Origin: Longimicrobiales bacterium | Lineage (GTDB): Bacteria > Gemmatimonadota > Gemmatimonadetes > Longimicrobiales > Gaopeijiaceae | Direction: 5' to 3' | Length of the DNA: 64,000 nt | Assembly: GCA_965202985.1 (NCBI GenBank) | Contig: CBDBCF010000002.1 | Coordinates: forward strand, 64,001 to 128,000 | Shown: one piece after another, positions 34,177-45,243 of the stretch | How positions within the stretch are numbered: position 1 is the stretch's first letter | Layout of the letters: each line of letters starts with the position of its first letter | Position numbers and translations under genes: made by a program | The notes under the pieces: model-generated | The model's database searches: none | What the model saw: only the letters and a program-made list of their open reading frames with translations | Told to the model about the DNA's origin: nothing

Positions 34177-36137
34177 GCGCCTGCTCCTTTCTCTTCGTCC
34201 ACGATCTCGTAGTCGGCCTCGACCACGTCCTCTTCCTCTGCTGCGCCGTCCGCGCCGCCGGCGTCGGGCGAAGCTTCCGCGTCCCCGTCGTCGGGGGCCT
34301 CCGCGCCGTCCTCCGCGCCCTCGGACTCGGCCGCCTGGGCCTGGTAGACCTCCTGGCCCGCCGCGCTGAACGCCTGCATCAGCTCGTCGCGCGCCTCGTT
34401 GATCTCGGCGGTGTCGTTGCCCTTCAGCGCCTTCTTGGCCTGCTCCACGGCCGCGTCCAGACGCTCGCGGGTCCCGTCGGCGATCTTCTCGCCCCACTCG
34501 CCCGTATCCTTCTCGACCTGGTACACCAGCGAGTCCAGGTGGTTCCGCGCCTCGGCCTGCTCGCGCCGGGTCTCGTCTTCGGCGGCGTGGGACTCCGCGT
34601 CCTTCACCATCTTGTCGATCTCGGCGTCGCTGAGCCCGCTGGACGCCTCGATGCGCACCTTCTGCTCCTTGCTCGTGGCCCGGTCCTTGGCGGCCACGTG
34701 CAGGATCCCGTTGGCGTCGATGTCGAACGACACCTCGATCTGGGGCACGCCCCTTGGCGCCGGTGGAATCCCGGTGAGCTGGAACTTGCCGATCGTCCGG
34801 TTGTCCAGCGCCATCTTGCGCTCGCCCTGGAGGACGTGAATCTCGACCGTGGTCTGGCTGTCGTCGGCGGTGGAGAACACCTCCATCTTCTTGGTGGGGA
34901 TCGTCGTGTTCCGCTCGATCAGGGGAGTCATGACCCCGCCCAGCGTCTCGATCCCCAGCGACAGCGGCGTCACGTCCAGCAGCAGCACGTCCTTCACGTC
35001 GCCCGCCAGCACGCCGCCCTGGATCGCCGCGCCCACCGCGACCACCTCGTCCGGGTTCACGCCCCGGTGGGGCTCCTGCTCGAAGAACTCCTCCACCACC
35101 TGCTGGATCTTGGGCATCCGCGTGGAGCCGCCCACCAACACCACCTCGTCGATGTCGCCGGGCGACAGCTGGGCGTCCTCGAGCGCCTGCTTCATCGGCG
35201 GGATCGTGCGCTGCACCAGCTCGTCCACCAGCTGCTCGAACTTGGCTCGCGACAGCGAGTAGTTCATGTGCTTCGGGCCTTCGGCCGTGGCGGTGATGAA
35301 CGGCAGGTTGATGTCGGTGGAGGTCGTGGAGGAGAGCTCCATCTTGGCCTTCTCCGCGGCCTCCTTCAGCCGCTGCAGGGCCATCGAGTCCTGAGACAGG
35401 TCGATCCCCTGGTCCCGCTTGAACTCCGCCACCAGCCAGTCGATCAGCACTTGGTCGAAGTCGTCTCCGCCCAGGTGCGTGTCGCCGTTGGTGGCCTTCA
35501 CCTCGAAGACGCCGTCGCCGATCTCGAGGATCGAGATGTCGTAGGTGCCGCCGCCCAGGTCGAAGACGGCGATCTTCTCGTCCTTTTTCTTGTCCAGGCC
35601 GTAGGCGAGCGCCGCCGCCGTGGGCTCGTTGATGATCCGCATGACCTCGAGCCCGGCGATCTTGCCGGCGTCCTTGGTGGCTTGACGCTGGGCGTCGTTG
35701 AAGTACGCGGGCACCGTGATCACGGCCTGGGTCACGTTCGTGCCCAGGTAGTCCTCGGCGGTCTGCCGCATCTTCTGGAGGATCACCGCCGACAGCTCGG
35801 GCGGCGTGTAGTCCTTCTCGCCGTTGGGCAGCTTGACCACGACCCGGTCCCGCCCGTCCGGCTTCACGGAGTAGGGGACCCGCTTGCGCTCCGTCTCCAC
35901 CTCCGAGTGCCTCATGCCCATGAAGCGCTTGATCGAGAAGACGGTGTTCTCGGGGTTGGTGATCGCCTGGCGGCGCGCGACCTGGCCCACCAGCCGCTCG
36001 CCGTCCTTGGCGAACGCCACCACGGAGGGCGTGGTCCTGCCCCCCTCGGAGTTGGGGACGACCGTGGGCTCTCCGCCCTCCATGACCGCCACGACCGAGT
36101 TCGTCGTGCCCAGGTCGATCCCGATGATCTTGCCCAT
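34173..36137 (-). CDS. dnaK: Chaperone DnaK (Hsp70)
   Basis: [53 protein letters not shown], acidic tail [10 protein letters not shown]. Confidence 0.98.
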   Translation of the reverse strand: MGKIIGIDLGTTNSVVAVMEGGEPTVVPNSEGGRTTPSVVAFAKDGERLVGQVARRQAITNPENTVFSIKRFMGMRHSEVETERKRVPYSVKPDGRDRVVVKLPNGEKDYTPPELSAVILQKMRQTAEDYLGTNVTQAVITVPAYFNDAQRQATKDAGKIAGLEVMRIINEPTAAALAYGLDKKKDEKIAVFDLGGGTYDISILEIGDGVFEVKATNGDTHLGGDDFDQVLIDWLVAEFKRDQGIDLSQDSMALQRLKEAAEKAKMELSSTTSTDINLPFITATAEGPKHMNYSLSRAKFEQLVDELVQRTIPPMKQALEDAQLSPGDIDEVVLVGGSTRMPKIQQVVEEFFEQEPHRGVNPDEVVAVGAAIQGGVLAGDVKDVLLLDVTPLSLGIETLGGVMTPLIERNTTIPTKKMEVFSTADDSQTTVEIHVLQGERKMALDNRTIGKFQLTGIPPAPRGVPQIEVSFDIDANGILHVAAKDRATSKEQKVRIEASSGLSDAEIDKMVKDAESHAAEDETRREQAEARNHLDSLVYQVEKDTGEWGEKIADGTRERLDAAVEQAKKALKGNDTAEINEARDELMQAFSAAGQEVYQAQAAESEGAEDGAEAPDDGDAEASPDAGGADGAAEEEDVVEADYEIVDEEKGAGA

Positions 36138-36233
36138 GTGCTGTTTCCCGTTGGTTTGTTGAGGCGTGTCGTGCAGGCCGGAAGCGGGCTGGCGCCCGGC
36201 GTCCCGAGAAGCCTGCGGTGTCGCGCCCTCTAC

Positions 36234-36250
36234 TGCAATAGACGTGCCGG
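36234..36250 (-). promoter_or_regulatory. Sigma54 (RpoN) -24/-12 promoter for dnaK-degP
   Basis: Minus strand reads CCGGCACGTCTATTGCA: GG-N10-GC with GGCACG and TTGCA, matching YTGGCACG-N4-TTGCW except for one T, about 100 nt upstream of the dnaK ATG. Confidence 0.75.
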
Positions 36251-36298
36251 GGATTCGGGTGGTTGCCGGGGGTGCGGAGGCCGGCCGAGACGGGAAGG

Positions 36299-36400
36299 CC
36301 TGCCAATTTGGCAGGGAATGGGGGTTCGGGCAGGCCTGGTCCTGCCATTTTGGCAGGAAAATCGGTGCTCGGGAGGTGCGAGGCCTGCCATTTTGGCAGG
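36299..36400. promoter_or_regulatory. Three palindromic 17-bp sites CCTGCCAwTTTGGCAGG (putative upstream activator sequences)
   Basis: Copies at 36299-36315, 36341-36357 and 36384-36400; period 42 and 43 bp; mostly unrelated spacers. Confidence 0.75.
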
Positions 36401-36445
36401 AATCTGGTGGTCGTTGGGGGAGATGAGGCCGCGGGCCCAGGCCGC

Positions 36446-39400
36446 CTACGGACGGTCGATGTCGATCACGATCACGCGCACGCGACGGCGTTGGGCTGGG
36501 GACAGCTGTTCGCGGAGCCGTAGCGCCAGCTCGTCGGGAGACTTGGGGCGCCTGCCGGTGGTTGGAACCATGCACTCTCCGGACCACAGCACCAGGTAGA
36601 TGCCGTGCCCTCCCGATGCGGGGTCGCGCGCGTACCTGTCGATTAGTTGGTCTTCCGCCGCGCTCCATAGGTCGCGGCTGCAGCTCTTCTTGATCTCGAC
36701 GGGGACCGCCGGAACGCCGCCGGGCGCCGATGCGCGGATGTCGGCTCGCTTGCCTTCGGCGTAGTGCGCTTCCGGCTGAATGTCGATCTGCATGGACTCG
36801 ATGCGCGGTCGCAGCAGATCCAGCAACGCAAGGGCGCAGGACGGCTCGGGCTTCATCGTTGTTGGTCGGCCATGGCCATCTACGTTCCAGAACAGCTTCC
36901 AGCCGTTGGTGTTGCCGTCGCGAATCTCTTCCTTCAAGCGCCGAAGCTGGTCCGCGACGACCTCGGCCAGGTCGCCGGCGTTGGCTGGGGGACCGCCGCT
37001 CAGCACATCGGCGATCTCGCGGAGCGACGGAGGGTGGTGGGTGGCCTCCCGGCGAAGCTCCCTCTGCTCCTCGCGCGCCCGATCGAGCTCGTTCCGCCAG
37101 GATGCAAGCGCCGGATCTCCGGCCAAGCGCCGCAACGCCCCGCTGGCCGACGGCCCCGGCTCGCCGGCCAAGTACCGGATGCAACGCCCGACAAGCTTGC
37201 TAACTCTGTCATGGACATCCTCCTGGTCGGAGACGATGCGGGCCCGGGCCTGGAGCTCGGCAAGCGAGCTTCGGCTCAACCATTCGGGCGGCCAGCGACT
37301 GCCGAACTGCCGCGCGAGCAGGAATGCGCCACCGACGCCGGCGCCCCCCGGCGAAAACTGCGTGTCACCTCTTCCCGTCGCCCAGGCGTCCGCGAGCTGG
37401 CCGACCGTGACGTCGCGCTTGTCGGCAAGAAATCCCAGAGCGCGGCCTACGAACTGCCGTGGCCATATCCGAACCGCGGTCCCCAGCCAAAAGGCCCGCT
37501 GGGCCGTGTCCATGCTATCGAAGCTCAACCTGCGCTCCACGAGTGGGCGCAGCTCGTCTCTCGGGAGGTTGCGCAGCGCGACTTCGAGCACCCCCCGAAG
37601 CTCGGCCAAGTGTCGCTTGGTCCCGCGGACGGGGAATGCGTCCAGCAACCTGGGGACGATTTCGCCGAGCAGGTCCGCATGCCTGTTCTCCAGCAAGAAC
37701 AGGTGGTGTTCCTCGTAGTCGCACCGGCCGCGAATCTGCGCCTTCAGAACCTTGACGAACACCTCGGTCGCAAGCTTCGGCTTGGCGTCGAGCAGGGCGT
37801 CGACCCAGCGCGGCAGGCCCTTGTCCATCACGACGGTCAAGTAGTGCAGGCCCAGTGCGCTTCGAATACGGTCGTCGCCGAAGGAGCCGGGAATCGCGCC
37901 CCGGCGTCGGCCCAAGTGGTCGAGCCCGGCCAGAAAGGGATAGGCCGTCCGCCACATCTTGCCCTCGCGGTCGAACTCGATCAGCCGGGCCAAGCTGGGA
38001 ACGTCGCTCTCGCTGGGGACTCGGGACAGCGTGCCCAACGCGGCTTCGACCGCTTCCGAGACGTTGTCGCCGTCGTCGTCGCCGGAGCCTTCGGAGAGCC
38101 ACTGCCGCAGTCGCTCGACGGGTTCCATCGACGGCTCCATCGGCTTGATTCCCAGGTAGGCGACGGCCACCCCCTGAACGAACTCCGGGCGCGCGTTGTC
38201 CTTGTGCAATAGGTTCCGGCGCTCTTGGACAGCCTGTCGAACGCCGTCGCGGTACGGTCCCTCGCGCACGGCGTGGGTCTGCCGCATCTGGGCTTCCCGC
38301 TCTACTAGGCGTTCGACGTATTGGACGAGCTCGGGGTGGTCACGCAACCGAGATCGTAGCCGCTCGACTTCATCCGCTTTGGTCAGCGCATCAGATGTGG
38401 CGCCGCTCGGTGGCCGAAGCGCGAGGGTGCGGAAGTTCACGTGCATTTCGATGTGTCGGCGCGCATGGTCCGGCGAGGTGGCCGCCGCGGCCACGGCCTC
38501 GTCGAGGCAGATCCGTGCGGCTTCGTTGGGTGGGAGGCCCAGAAGAAGGACGTTCATGCGCATGTAGGCGTGGACTTCGCCAGGCCCGCGCTGTGCGTCG
38601 CCGGAAAGCTGTACGTCGCGCCGTACGTGTTCTTTCAGCAGGGCTCGGCGGACGGCGGGGCGTGTCGACAACCAAGGCTCCACCGGACTCGTGGTCCTGC
38701 GGAGGTGGCTAGGCTTCGGGTGCACAGACAGCCAGTCGTACAACCTGGAGACGCCGACTTTGTCACCGTGCAGTCCAAGACCCCGGTCCAGCAGCTGGAC
38801 GAACTCCTCTTCGCCGATCCCTCCGAACGGTGTCCGATAGTCGGCGTCGGCTTGGTCTCGATCGAGCCCGCAAAGCACGTCGAGGAGGTCGGGGAGGTCC
38901 CCGTCTTCGGTTTTGTTCGCCAGCGCGCGCGACAGATGCCACCTGAGGGTCGACACGATCGTCGGAGGCAGGAACTGCCGGATCTCCGACGGCCCGATGC
39001 GGTGCGGATAGAGTTCCTCGATGAGCCGGGCCCGAAGCTCTTGACTCGAATCCTCGACGTGCCCGGCGCTCACGTCCTTCAACATCGCTCGCAGGCGGCC
39101 GAACTCTTCGTCGTGCTCCGCGATCCGCAGTGCGAGGGCGAGCGCTTGCATCTTGACCATAGGCCACCACCGATCGTCGCGGGCCACGGCTACGGCTTCG
39201 CGCACCGAAAACGCGCGGTCAGACGAAGACTCGGACGCCAGACCCTCGAACAGGAACTTGACGACCGACTGCACGGAACCGCTCGGGTCGGGCTCGGCGA
39301 TGCAGCTTCGGAGAAACGCCGTCGTCTCGGGGCCGGTCAGCGCGGACCTTACGGCCGGGCTGGTCCGGCGCAGCACGAGGGCGCGGTGGCGAGGAAGTCG

Positions 39401-40642
39401 CGCGAGCGCCCGCAGAAGGCGTCGCTTCTGGCCCTGGGGGAGGACGGTCGGGTCCCCGGACGTGAGCATGTCGACGGGCACTTGCTCCACCAAGCTAGCG
39501 CGTGCGTCGGGGTTGAGCGTCGCGAGCCAAGCCGCCAGTCCTCGAAGACTAGGGACGACGGCACCGTCGGCGCCCACAAGAAGGGCCAACACGCGGCCTG
39601 GCGGGACGCCCTCTTCGATCCGCTCGTGAAGGTGTTTCGCCGCCAAGTGCTCGGCCACGCTGCGGTGCACGGGGACCAAGGCTCCGGGGATGTGGGCGGA
39701 CGAGAACAGCCTGGTGCTCAGCGCCGCCGCCAGCGCATACGTGCCTTCGTCCGAGAGCGCCTTGGCAGGAATCTCGTCGAGACGCAGCGATGTCCGGGCG
39801 TGAGCGTCCGCATTCCACGCGCCGGCTGTCGCGATCCGCTCCTTTCCGCCGATCATGATGAGCGCTGCTAAGCGGCTGGCCGCCGAGATCTTGTCGTCGA
39901 GACCAACCGGGACCCTGCTCGCCGCTCCGTGCTGCGGGTTCTCCTCTTTCGCCAACTCGGTACAAGCCATCTCGAACGTCTCGAGCCTGCTCTTGGGCCA
40001 GCGATTCCCGGCTGCGAACGCCTTGGCGAGCAGGCGAAGCGTCAGGGGATGATCGAGCAGTTCGCCAAGGCCGCGGTCGCGGGCGGTCGCCAGGAACTCG
40101 TCGGGGTCCCGCACGCCGTGCTCGGCCAGCAGCTCCTTGGCGTTGGCTTCCGTGAGCGGGTCCAGAAGGAGCAGGGGCAGTTTCTCGTAGCCGGGCAGCG
40201 ACCGAACTTCGTTCTCGTCGCTTCCCGCCAGCCAAGCGGACGCCCGGCAGGAGATTCTGACGCGGGGCCGATCGAGGGCCTGCAACTTTGCCAGGATGTC
40301 GTCGAGATGCTTGTGCGGGCTGCCGCCCCCGGCGCGGACCTCGTCGAGTCCGTCGATGAAGAGCGTCTTGCGCCGCCATTCGGGTCGGTGACCGGCATCC
40401 CGCAGAAAGCGGCGCGCCGGGAGGCATATGCAGTCGTCCGCCTCGGCTCCCTGCTCGAACTCGGTCGTCTTTCCGGAGCCTGGGTCGCCGAGCAGCACGT
40501 AGGCGCGCTCGTGCCGGAAGGCGGAGATGGGCTGCGAGGGGGAGGCCTGGGCCGGGGCAGACGCCTGGGCGGAGGCGGTCGCGACTTCCTGCTCGCGCAC
40601 GACCAACGTGACGGTCCGCGGGACGACCCGCTTCGGCGTCAT
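36446..40642 (-). CDS. STAND/NACHT-type P-loop NTPase (~1400 aa) with a helical sensor region and a C-terminal PD-(D/E)xK-like nuclease (Avs-like defence candidate)
   Basis: Walker [12 protein letters not shown], Walker [26 protein letters not shown] (winged-helix-like). C-terminal PE...RADI...VEIKK...QL..RY...GIYLVLW. ATGA overlap with the upstream gene. Confidence 0.75.
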   Translation of the reverse strand: MTPKRVVPRTVTLVVREQEVATASAQASAPAQASPSQPISAFRHERAYVLLGDPGSGKTTEFEQGAEADDCICLPARRFLRDAGHRPEWRRKTLFIDGLDEVRAGGGSPHKHLDDILAKLQALDRPRVRISCRASAWLAGSDENEVRSLPGYEKLPLLLLDPLTEANAKELLAEHGVRDPDEFLATARDRGLGELLDHPLTLRLLAKAFAAGNRWPKSRLETFEMACTELAKEENPQHGAASRVPVGLDDKISAASRLAALIMIGGKERIATAGAWNADAHARTSLRLDEIPAKALSDEGTYALAAALSTRLFSSAHIPGALVPVHRSVAEHLAAKHLHERIEEGVPPGRVLALLVGADGAVVPSLRGLAAWLATLNPDARASLVEQVPVDMLTSGDPTVLPQGQKRRLLRALARLPRHRALVLRRTSPAVRSALTGPETTAFLRSCIAEPDPSGSVQSVVKFLFEGLASESSSDRAFSVREAVAVARDDRWWPMVKMQALALALRIAEHDEEFGRLRAMLKDVSAGHVEDSSQELRARLIEELYPHRIGPSEIRQFLPPTIVSTLRWHLSRALANKTEDGDLPDLLDVLCGLDRDQADADYRTPFGGIGEEEFVQLLDRGLGLHGDKVGVSRLYDWLSVHPKPSHLRRTTSPVEPWLSTRPAVRRALLKEHVRRDVQLSGDAQRGPGEVHAYMRMNVLLLGLPPNEAARICLDEAVAAAATSPDHARRHIEMHVNFRTLALRPPSGATSDALTKADEVERLRSRLRDHPELVQYVERLVEREAQMRQTHAVREGPYRDGVRQAVQERRNLLHKDNARPEFVQGVAVAYLGIKPMEPSMEPVERLRQWLSEGSGDDDGDNVSEAVEAALGTLSRVPSESDVPSLARLIEFDREGKMWRTAYPFLAGLDHLGRRRGAIPGSFGDDRIRSALGLHYLTVVMDKGLPRWVDALLDAKPKLATEVFVKVLKAQIRGRCDYEEHHLFLLENRHADLLGEIVPRLLDAFPVRGTKRHLAELRGVLEVALRNLPRDELRPLVERRLSFDSMDTAQRAFWLGTAVRIWPRQFVGRALGFLADKRDVTVGQLADAWATGRGDTQFSPGGAGVGGAFLLARQFGSRWPPEWLSRSSLAELQARARIVSDQEDVHDRVSKLVGRCIRYLAGEPGPSASGALRRLAGDPALASWRNELDRAREEQRELRREATHHPPSLREIADVLSGGPPANAGDLAEVVADQLRRLKEEIRDGNTNGWKLFWNVDGHGRPTTMKPEPSCALALLDLLRPRIESMQIDIQPEAHYAEGKRADIRASAPGGVPAVPVEIKKSCSRDLWSAAEDQLIDRYARDPASGGHGIYLVLWSGECMVPTTGRRPKSPDELALRLREQLSPAQRRRVRVIVIDIDRP

Positions 40643-41868
40643 CCTTCCTCCAGCCAATGCGCGGCGGGCTCCCAAAGGAACTCGGCGAGCGGAGTTCCGC
40701 CCGTGCCGACGAGGCGCGTCTTGGCACCGGGGAAGCGAGCGCGAAACTCCTCCAGACCGCTCGTCGCTCCACGCTTGCCGCTCTTCACTTCGATGCCGAC
40801 GACGTGCGGGCCCCGGGTCAGGACGAAGTCAACCTCGCGACCGTCGCGCCGCCAGTAGCCAAGCTTGACCGCCGCCGGCAGCGTGTTGTGGAGGTGGGCT
40901 CCGACGGCGCTCTCGACGATCCTTCCCCAGAGGCTGCGGTCCTGCCTTGCCTCTTCCAACGAATAGCCCAGATGCACGGTCATGACGGCGGCGTCCAGCA
41001 CGTTGAGCTTCGGCGGCGCGGCCCGGCGGAGGTGGCTCTTGGCGGAGTGCTTCGGGAGCGCTGCGGCCAGCCCCCCGTTCTCGAGCAGTCCGAGGTAGCG
41101 GGCCAGCGTCGTGGCGTTGCCGGCGTCGGCTAGCTGGCCGAGCATCTTGGTGTACGCAAGGATCTGCCCGGAGTAGTCGGGCACGAGCTCCATCAGCTGT
41201 CGCATCAGCGCGGGCTTGTCGACCTTGGCCAGCGAAAGGATGTCCCTGCTGATGGTGGGCTCCACGATCGCGCCCAGGACGTAGCGGCGCCAAGCGTCCA
41301 GGTCTCCCCGCACCTGCGCCGCCGCCGGGTAGCCCCCGAAGAACAGGTACTCGTCCAAGGTGAAGTCGAACGCCGACACCATTTCCCGAAGCGACCACTG
41401 GCGAACCGACACCGGTATGAAGCGACCGGTCAAGCTCTCGTTCAGGCCCGTCATCATGTCCCAAGGGGCGGAGCCCAGCACCACGACGCGCAGCGGACAG
41501 CCCTCGGCCCGGTCTCGGTCCCACAGCCCCTTGACCAAGCCGGACCAGTTCTCGATCTGGTGCACCTCGTCCAGGGCCAGGACGAACCCCGACCGGCTCG
41601 CGCAGGCTTCCCGGCGCCCCTGGTTCCAAACGTTCACGAGCCACTCGCCGTCAGGCACGGCGCCGATCCGCCCAAAGGGGACCTCGTTGGCCTCCGGATC
41701 GTCCACCGCCACCAGCCGATGGGGCAGCCCCGAGCGCCGAAGCGCCTGCTCGACGGCCGTGGTCTTGCCCGTCTGCCTGGGGCCGACGACGGCCACGAGG
41801 AGGTTCGGCCTCTCCATGGCCAGCAGCTCCACGACCCGCTTGACGAGCGGTCTTTCGTAGGTGTTCAT
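40639..41868 (-). CDS. ATP-binding protein, AAA_14 + DUF4143 family
   Basis: GPRQTGKTT, LDEVH, LGS, ESLTGR, FGGYP, C-terminal YWR...EVDFV...IEVKS. Confidence 0.85.
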   Translation of the reverse strand: MNTYERPLVKRVVELLAMERPNLLVAVVGPRQTGKTTAVEQALRRSGLPHRLVAVDDPEANEVPFGRIGAVPDGEWLVNVWNQGRREACASRSGFVLALDEVHQIENWSGLVKGLWDRDRAEGCPLRVVVLGSAPWDMMTGLNESLTGRFIPVSVRQWSLREMVSAFDFTLDEYLFFGGYPAAAQVRGDLDAWRRYVLGAIVEPTISRDILSLAKVDKPALMRQLMELVPDYSGQILAYTKMLGQLADAGNATTLARYLGLLENGGLAAALPKHSAKSHLRRAAPPKLNVLDAAVMTVHLGYSLEEARQDRSLWGRIVESAVGAHLHNTLPAAVKLGYWRRDGREVDFVLTRGPHVVGIEVKSGKRGATSGLEEFRARFPGAKTRLVGTGGTPLAEFLWEPAAHWLEEG

Positions 41869-42070
41869 TCGACTTCTTTCCGATGATTGAAGAGAATTCC
41901 ACGATGACGTAATGATACCAGATCAAGGAACTTGTGGCAAGGTGGAGGACCGGGTGTCTGCGCGAGTCGCCGTCGGCGGGGGCTGGCGCATCCACGGCGG
42001 GCGGACTAGCTTCCGTCCGGTCTTCGACCCCGCTCGTCATAACCGAGAGACACCCGAGGACAGCAAAACC

Positions 42071-43186
42071 ATGATCACGCGAATTTACGTAGACAACTTT
42101 CGTTGCCTGACGAACTTCGAAGTCTCGCTGGGTCAGGCATCCGTCTTTCTGGGAGCCAACGGCAGCGGAAAGAGCACGGTATTCGACGTGTTGCGTAAGG
42201 TTCAGCAGTTGATCGTCGGGAAGAGAAAGCTGGAAGAGGTACTTTCGCAGGACGATCTTTCGTTGCAGCAAACCGCCGACCGCCAATCGATCGTCCTCGA
42301 CTTGACGCTCGGGTCTATCGAGTACCGGTACGCTCTGACGATCGGCCACCGTCGCGATTCGGGGAAGATGCGAATCGACGCGGAGACTCTCTCTTGCGAC
42401 GGCCAGCCCCTGTTCGAGTTCGAGGCTGGCGAAGCCCAACTGTATCGCGACGACCATACCAAGGGACCGAGCTATCCGTTCGACTGGGCGCAATCTGGCG
42501 TGGGATATCTGTACGAACGGCCGGACAACAAGAAACTGTCGCGCTTCAAGCGGGAACTTGCCAATGTCGTGATTGTGAGTCCATGTCCCGTGCTCTTCGA
42601 ATCCGAAAGTCGTTCGGAAGACGAATTTCTCGAATCCACCATGCGCAACTTCGTTGGATGGTACAGGCACACCGCACAAGAAAACATGGGCGGGGTTGCA
42701 AGGCTGTTCGGGGAGCTTGCCGAGATTATGCCAGGATTCGATTCCCTTGCGCTTGCCGAGTCCGGCGAGAAGGCTCGCGCTCTCCGAGCGGTGTTCAGCG
42801 AACCGGGCCGCGGAAAAGATAAGAATCGATATGCATTCCATCAGCTGTCGGATGGGCAAAGATCTTTGATCGCGCTCTATTCGTTGCTCTTCCTTGCCGG
42901 GGACGAGAAGATGTCATTGTTTGTCGACGAACCGGAGAACTACTTGTCCTTGCGAGAGGTACAACCCTGGGTGGTAAGCGCGTCGGATGCTCTAGGAGAG
43001 ACATTGGAGCAGGTCGCGATCATCTCGCATCACCCCGTTACGATCGACTACTTGGCCGACGGGAACGCCAAGTGGTTCTATCGAGACGGCGAGGGTCCCG
43101 TACGAATAGCGGACGAACCCGAAGCGTCCAGCGACGTGCTCGCAGTATCGGAGTTGATTGCCCGAGGGTGGGACCGGCAGCCATGA
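42071..43186 (+). CDS. ABC-type AAA ATPase (AAA_21/AAA_15-like)
   Basis: ITRIYVDNFRCL, GANGSGKST, signature LSDGQ, Walker B FVDEPEN, H-loop SHHP; visibly lower GC than the backbone. Confidence 0.85.
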   Translation: MITRIYVDNFRCLTNFEVSLGQASVFLGANGSGKSTVFDVLRKVQQLIVGKRKLEEVLSQDDLSLQQTADRQSIVLDLTLGSIEYRYALTIGHRRDSGKMRIDAETLSCDGQPLFEFEAGEAQLYRDDHTKGPSYPFDWAQSGVGYLYERPDNKKLSRFKRELANVVIVSPCPVLFESESRSEDEFLESTMRNFVGWYRHTAQENMGGVARLFGELAEIMPGFDSLALAESGEKARALRAVFSEPGRGKDKNRYAFHQLSDGQRSLIALYSLLFLAGDEKMSLFVDEPENYLSLREVQPWVVSASDALGETLEQVAIISHHPVTIDYLADGNAKWFYRDGEGPVRIADEPEASSDVLAVSELIARGWDRQP

Positions 43187-43710
43187 CCCGCATCGTCCTG
43201 CTGTGCGAGGATCGTCAGATGAGTGCTTTTGCGCGTCGTTTTCTATTTCATCGCAACTTCACTTCTCGGCAAGTCGAGTCTATGCATAGTAAGCCGGGAT
43301 GTGGGTCGGGCGAACAATGGGTTAGAAAGCGCTTTCCGAGGCAGTTGAGGGCCGTGCGTGAGCGTCAACGCACCTTCCTGATCGCGATGGTTGACGCCGA
43401 TTCTGGGTCAACGGCGAATCGCCGGAGCCAGCTTGTCCAGGAATGCCGAAAACAGGGGGTTGCCCCGCCCTCGGAGGATGACCCCGTCCTCGTCGTCGTC
43501 CCAAAACGGAATATCGAGACGTGGTTCGCATATCTTGCAGGTGACGATGTCGACGAAACAGCGAAGTACCCGAAGTTGCCTCGCCCAAACGACTGCAAGC
43601 CCCTTGCTGATGCGCTATACGACATGTGCCATGTCGACCAGAAACTGCGCGAGCCTGCGCCTATTTCGCTGGTGGAGACGTGCGGCATCTACCCGCTTCT
43701 GAAGCGTTGA
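43183..43710 (+). CDS. Small TOPRIM-like protein (DUF4276/DUF4435-like), partner of the upstream ATPase
   Basis: IVLLCED near the N-terminus, MVDAD (DxD), PKRNIETWF; ATGA-coupled to the ATPase. Confidence 0.6.
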   Translation: MTRIVLLCEDRQMSAFARRFLFHRNFTSRQVESMHSKPGCGSGEQWVRKRFPRQLRAVRERQRTFLIAMVDADSGSTANRRSQLVQECRKQGVAPPSEDDPVLVVVPKRNIETWFAYLAGDDVDETAKYPKLPRPNDCKPLADALYDMCHVDQKLREPAPISLVETCGIYPLLKR

Positions 43711-43805
43711 CGCGGTTGCGAGGCCGTTGGGCGAGCCTTACGTGCGGTTCGCCGCGCCGTGTGTGCCGCCTTCGGGCCCTCCCGCGTTTCGTTCCAAGGA
43801 ACGTT

Positions 43806-45227
43806 ATGTCCGCATCTCGTTTCGGCGTCGCGACGGTCTTGGCCGCAGGAGCGGCAGTCGTCTTCCCGACCTCGGCCGCTGCCCTGCAGGAGATTGCCGG
43901 CGCCAGTGCCACCGCCGGCCCCGACCTCCTATCCCGCCTCCGAGGCCTTCTGGGCGTAGGCCTGCTCGCTTTGGCCGCCTGGGGGTTGAGCGCGAACCGC
44001 AAGCAGGTTCCTTGGCGGGTCGTCCTGTGGGGACTGGCGCTCCAGTTCGTGTTCGCGGTGGTGATCCTGCGGACACCGGTGGGGGCGGGCGTCTTCCAGG
44101 CGGCGAACCAGGCGGTGTTGGCCGTGGTGGGGTTCACGCTGGAGGGCGCGCGCTTTCTGTTTGGGGACTTGGTCCAGAACACGGTGCCGGTGGGGACGGG
44201 GACGCCCGGCGGCGGGGACTTCGCGGCGGACGGGCAGCAGGTGGCCCGGACGGGGGCGTTCGTGGCGTTCAACGTGCTGCCGACGATCATCTTCCTGGCG
44301 TCGCTCATGACGATCCTGTACCACTTGGGCGTCATGCAGCGGCTGGTGGGGGGCATCGCGTGGGTCATGCGGCGCACCATGGGGACGAGCGGGGCCGAGA
44401 CGCTGTCCGCGGCGGGGAACATCTTCGTGGGCCAGACCGAGGCGCCGCTTCTGATCAAGCCGTTCGTGGACGGCATGACCCGCTCCGAGCTCATGGCGGT
44501 GATGACGGGGGGCTTCGCCACGGTGGCCGGCGGCGTGATGGCGGCCTACGCGGGGATGCTGGTCGGGTTCTTCCCCGACATCGCCGGGCACCTGATGGCG
44601 GCGTCGGTCATGTCGGCGCCGGCGGCGCTCGTGGTGGCCAAGCTCATGGTCCCGGAAACGGAGACGCCGGAGACGGCAGGCGGACTCCAGTCCAAGGTGG
44701 ATCGGCCGGACGTGAACGTGGTGGAGGCGGCGGCTCGTGGGGCGGGGGAGGGGCTTCACTTGGCGCTGAACGTGGGCGCCATGCTGCTCGCGTTTCTGGC
44801 GCTGATCGCCCTGGTGAACGGGCTGCTGGGCTGGGTCGGCGGCTGGGTCGGCTTCGGCGAGCTGTCCCTGGAGGGCATCTTGGGGGCGCTGCTGGCGCCG
44901 GTGGCGTGGGTCATGGGCGTGCCGTGGGAAGACGCCGCCGTCGTGGGATCGCTCATGGGCCTCAAGACCGTGGCCACCGAGTTCGTGGCCTACCTGGGAC
45001 TGGCCGGGGAGATGTCCGAGGGCGCCCTGTCGGCCCGGTCGGCCACGATCGCGGCATACGCCCTGTCCGGCTTCGCCAACTTCTCTTCGATCGCCATCCA
45101 GATCGGCGGCATCGGCGGCATCGCCCCCCGGCGGCGGAAGGACCTGTCCCGGCTGGGGTTGCGGGCCATGGTGGGGGGCTCGATCGCCGCCTTCATGACC
45201 GCCGCCATAGCGGGGGCGCTGCTTTGA
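43806..45227 (+). CDS. nupC: Concentrative nucleoside transporter (NupC/CNT family)
   Basis: FNVLPTIIF, NIFVGQTEAP, GGFATVAG, ASVMSAP, EFVAY, GFANFSS. Confidence 0.9.
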   Translation: MSASRFGVATVLAAGAAVVFPTSAAALQEIAGASATAGPDLLSRLRGLLGVGLLALAAWGLSANRKQVPWRVVLWGLALQFVFAVVILRTPVGAGVFQAANQAVLAVVGFTLEGARFLFGDLVQNTVPVGTGTPGGGDFAADGQQVARTGAFVAFNVLPTIIFLASLMTILYHLGVMQRLVGGIAWVMRRTMGTSGAETLSAAGNIFVGQTEAPLLIKPFVDGMTRSELMAVMTGGFATVAGGVMAAYAGMLVGFFPDIAGHLMAASVMSAPAALVVAKLMVPETETPETAGGLQSKVDRPDVNVVEAAARGAGEGLHLALNVGAMLLAFLALIALVNGLLGWVGGWVGFGELSLEGILGALLAPVAWVMGVPWEDAAVVGSLMGLKTVATEFVAYLGLAGEMSEGALSARSATIAAYALSGFANFSSIAIQIGGIGGIAPRRRKDLSRLGLRAMVGGSIAAFMTAAIAGALL

Positions 45228-45243
45228 GCGAGGCGTCGCCGCT

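Noticed and set aside
36299..36400. Three spaced palindromic repeats as a mini CRISPR array
   Set aside because: Repeats are only 17 bp with 25-26-bp spacers, and there are no cas genes in the window. Position and phasing fit protein-binding sites better.
34539..36599. 686-aa ORF antisense to dnaK (and similar long antisense ORFs over hslU, lon/clpX and pcrA)
   Set aside because: Long antisense frames opposite conserved high-GC genes, dnaK in particular, are a known codon-usage by-product.
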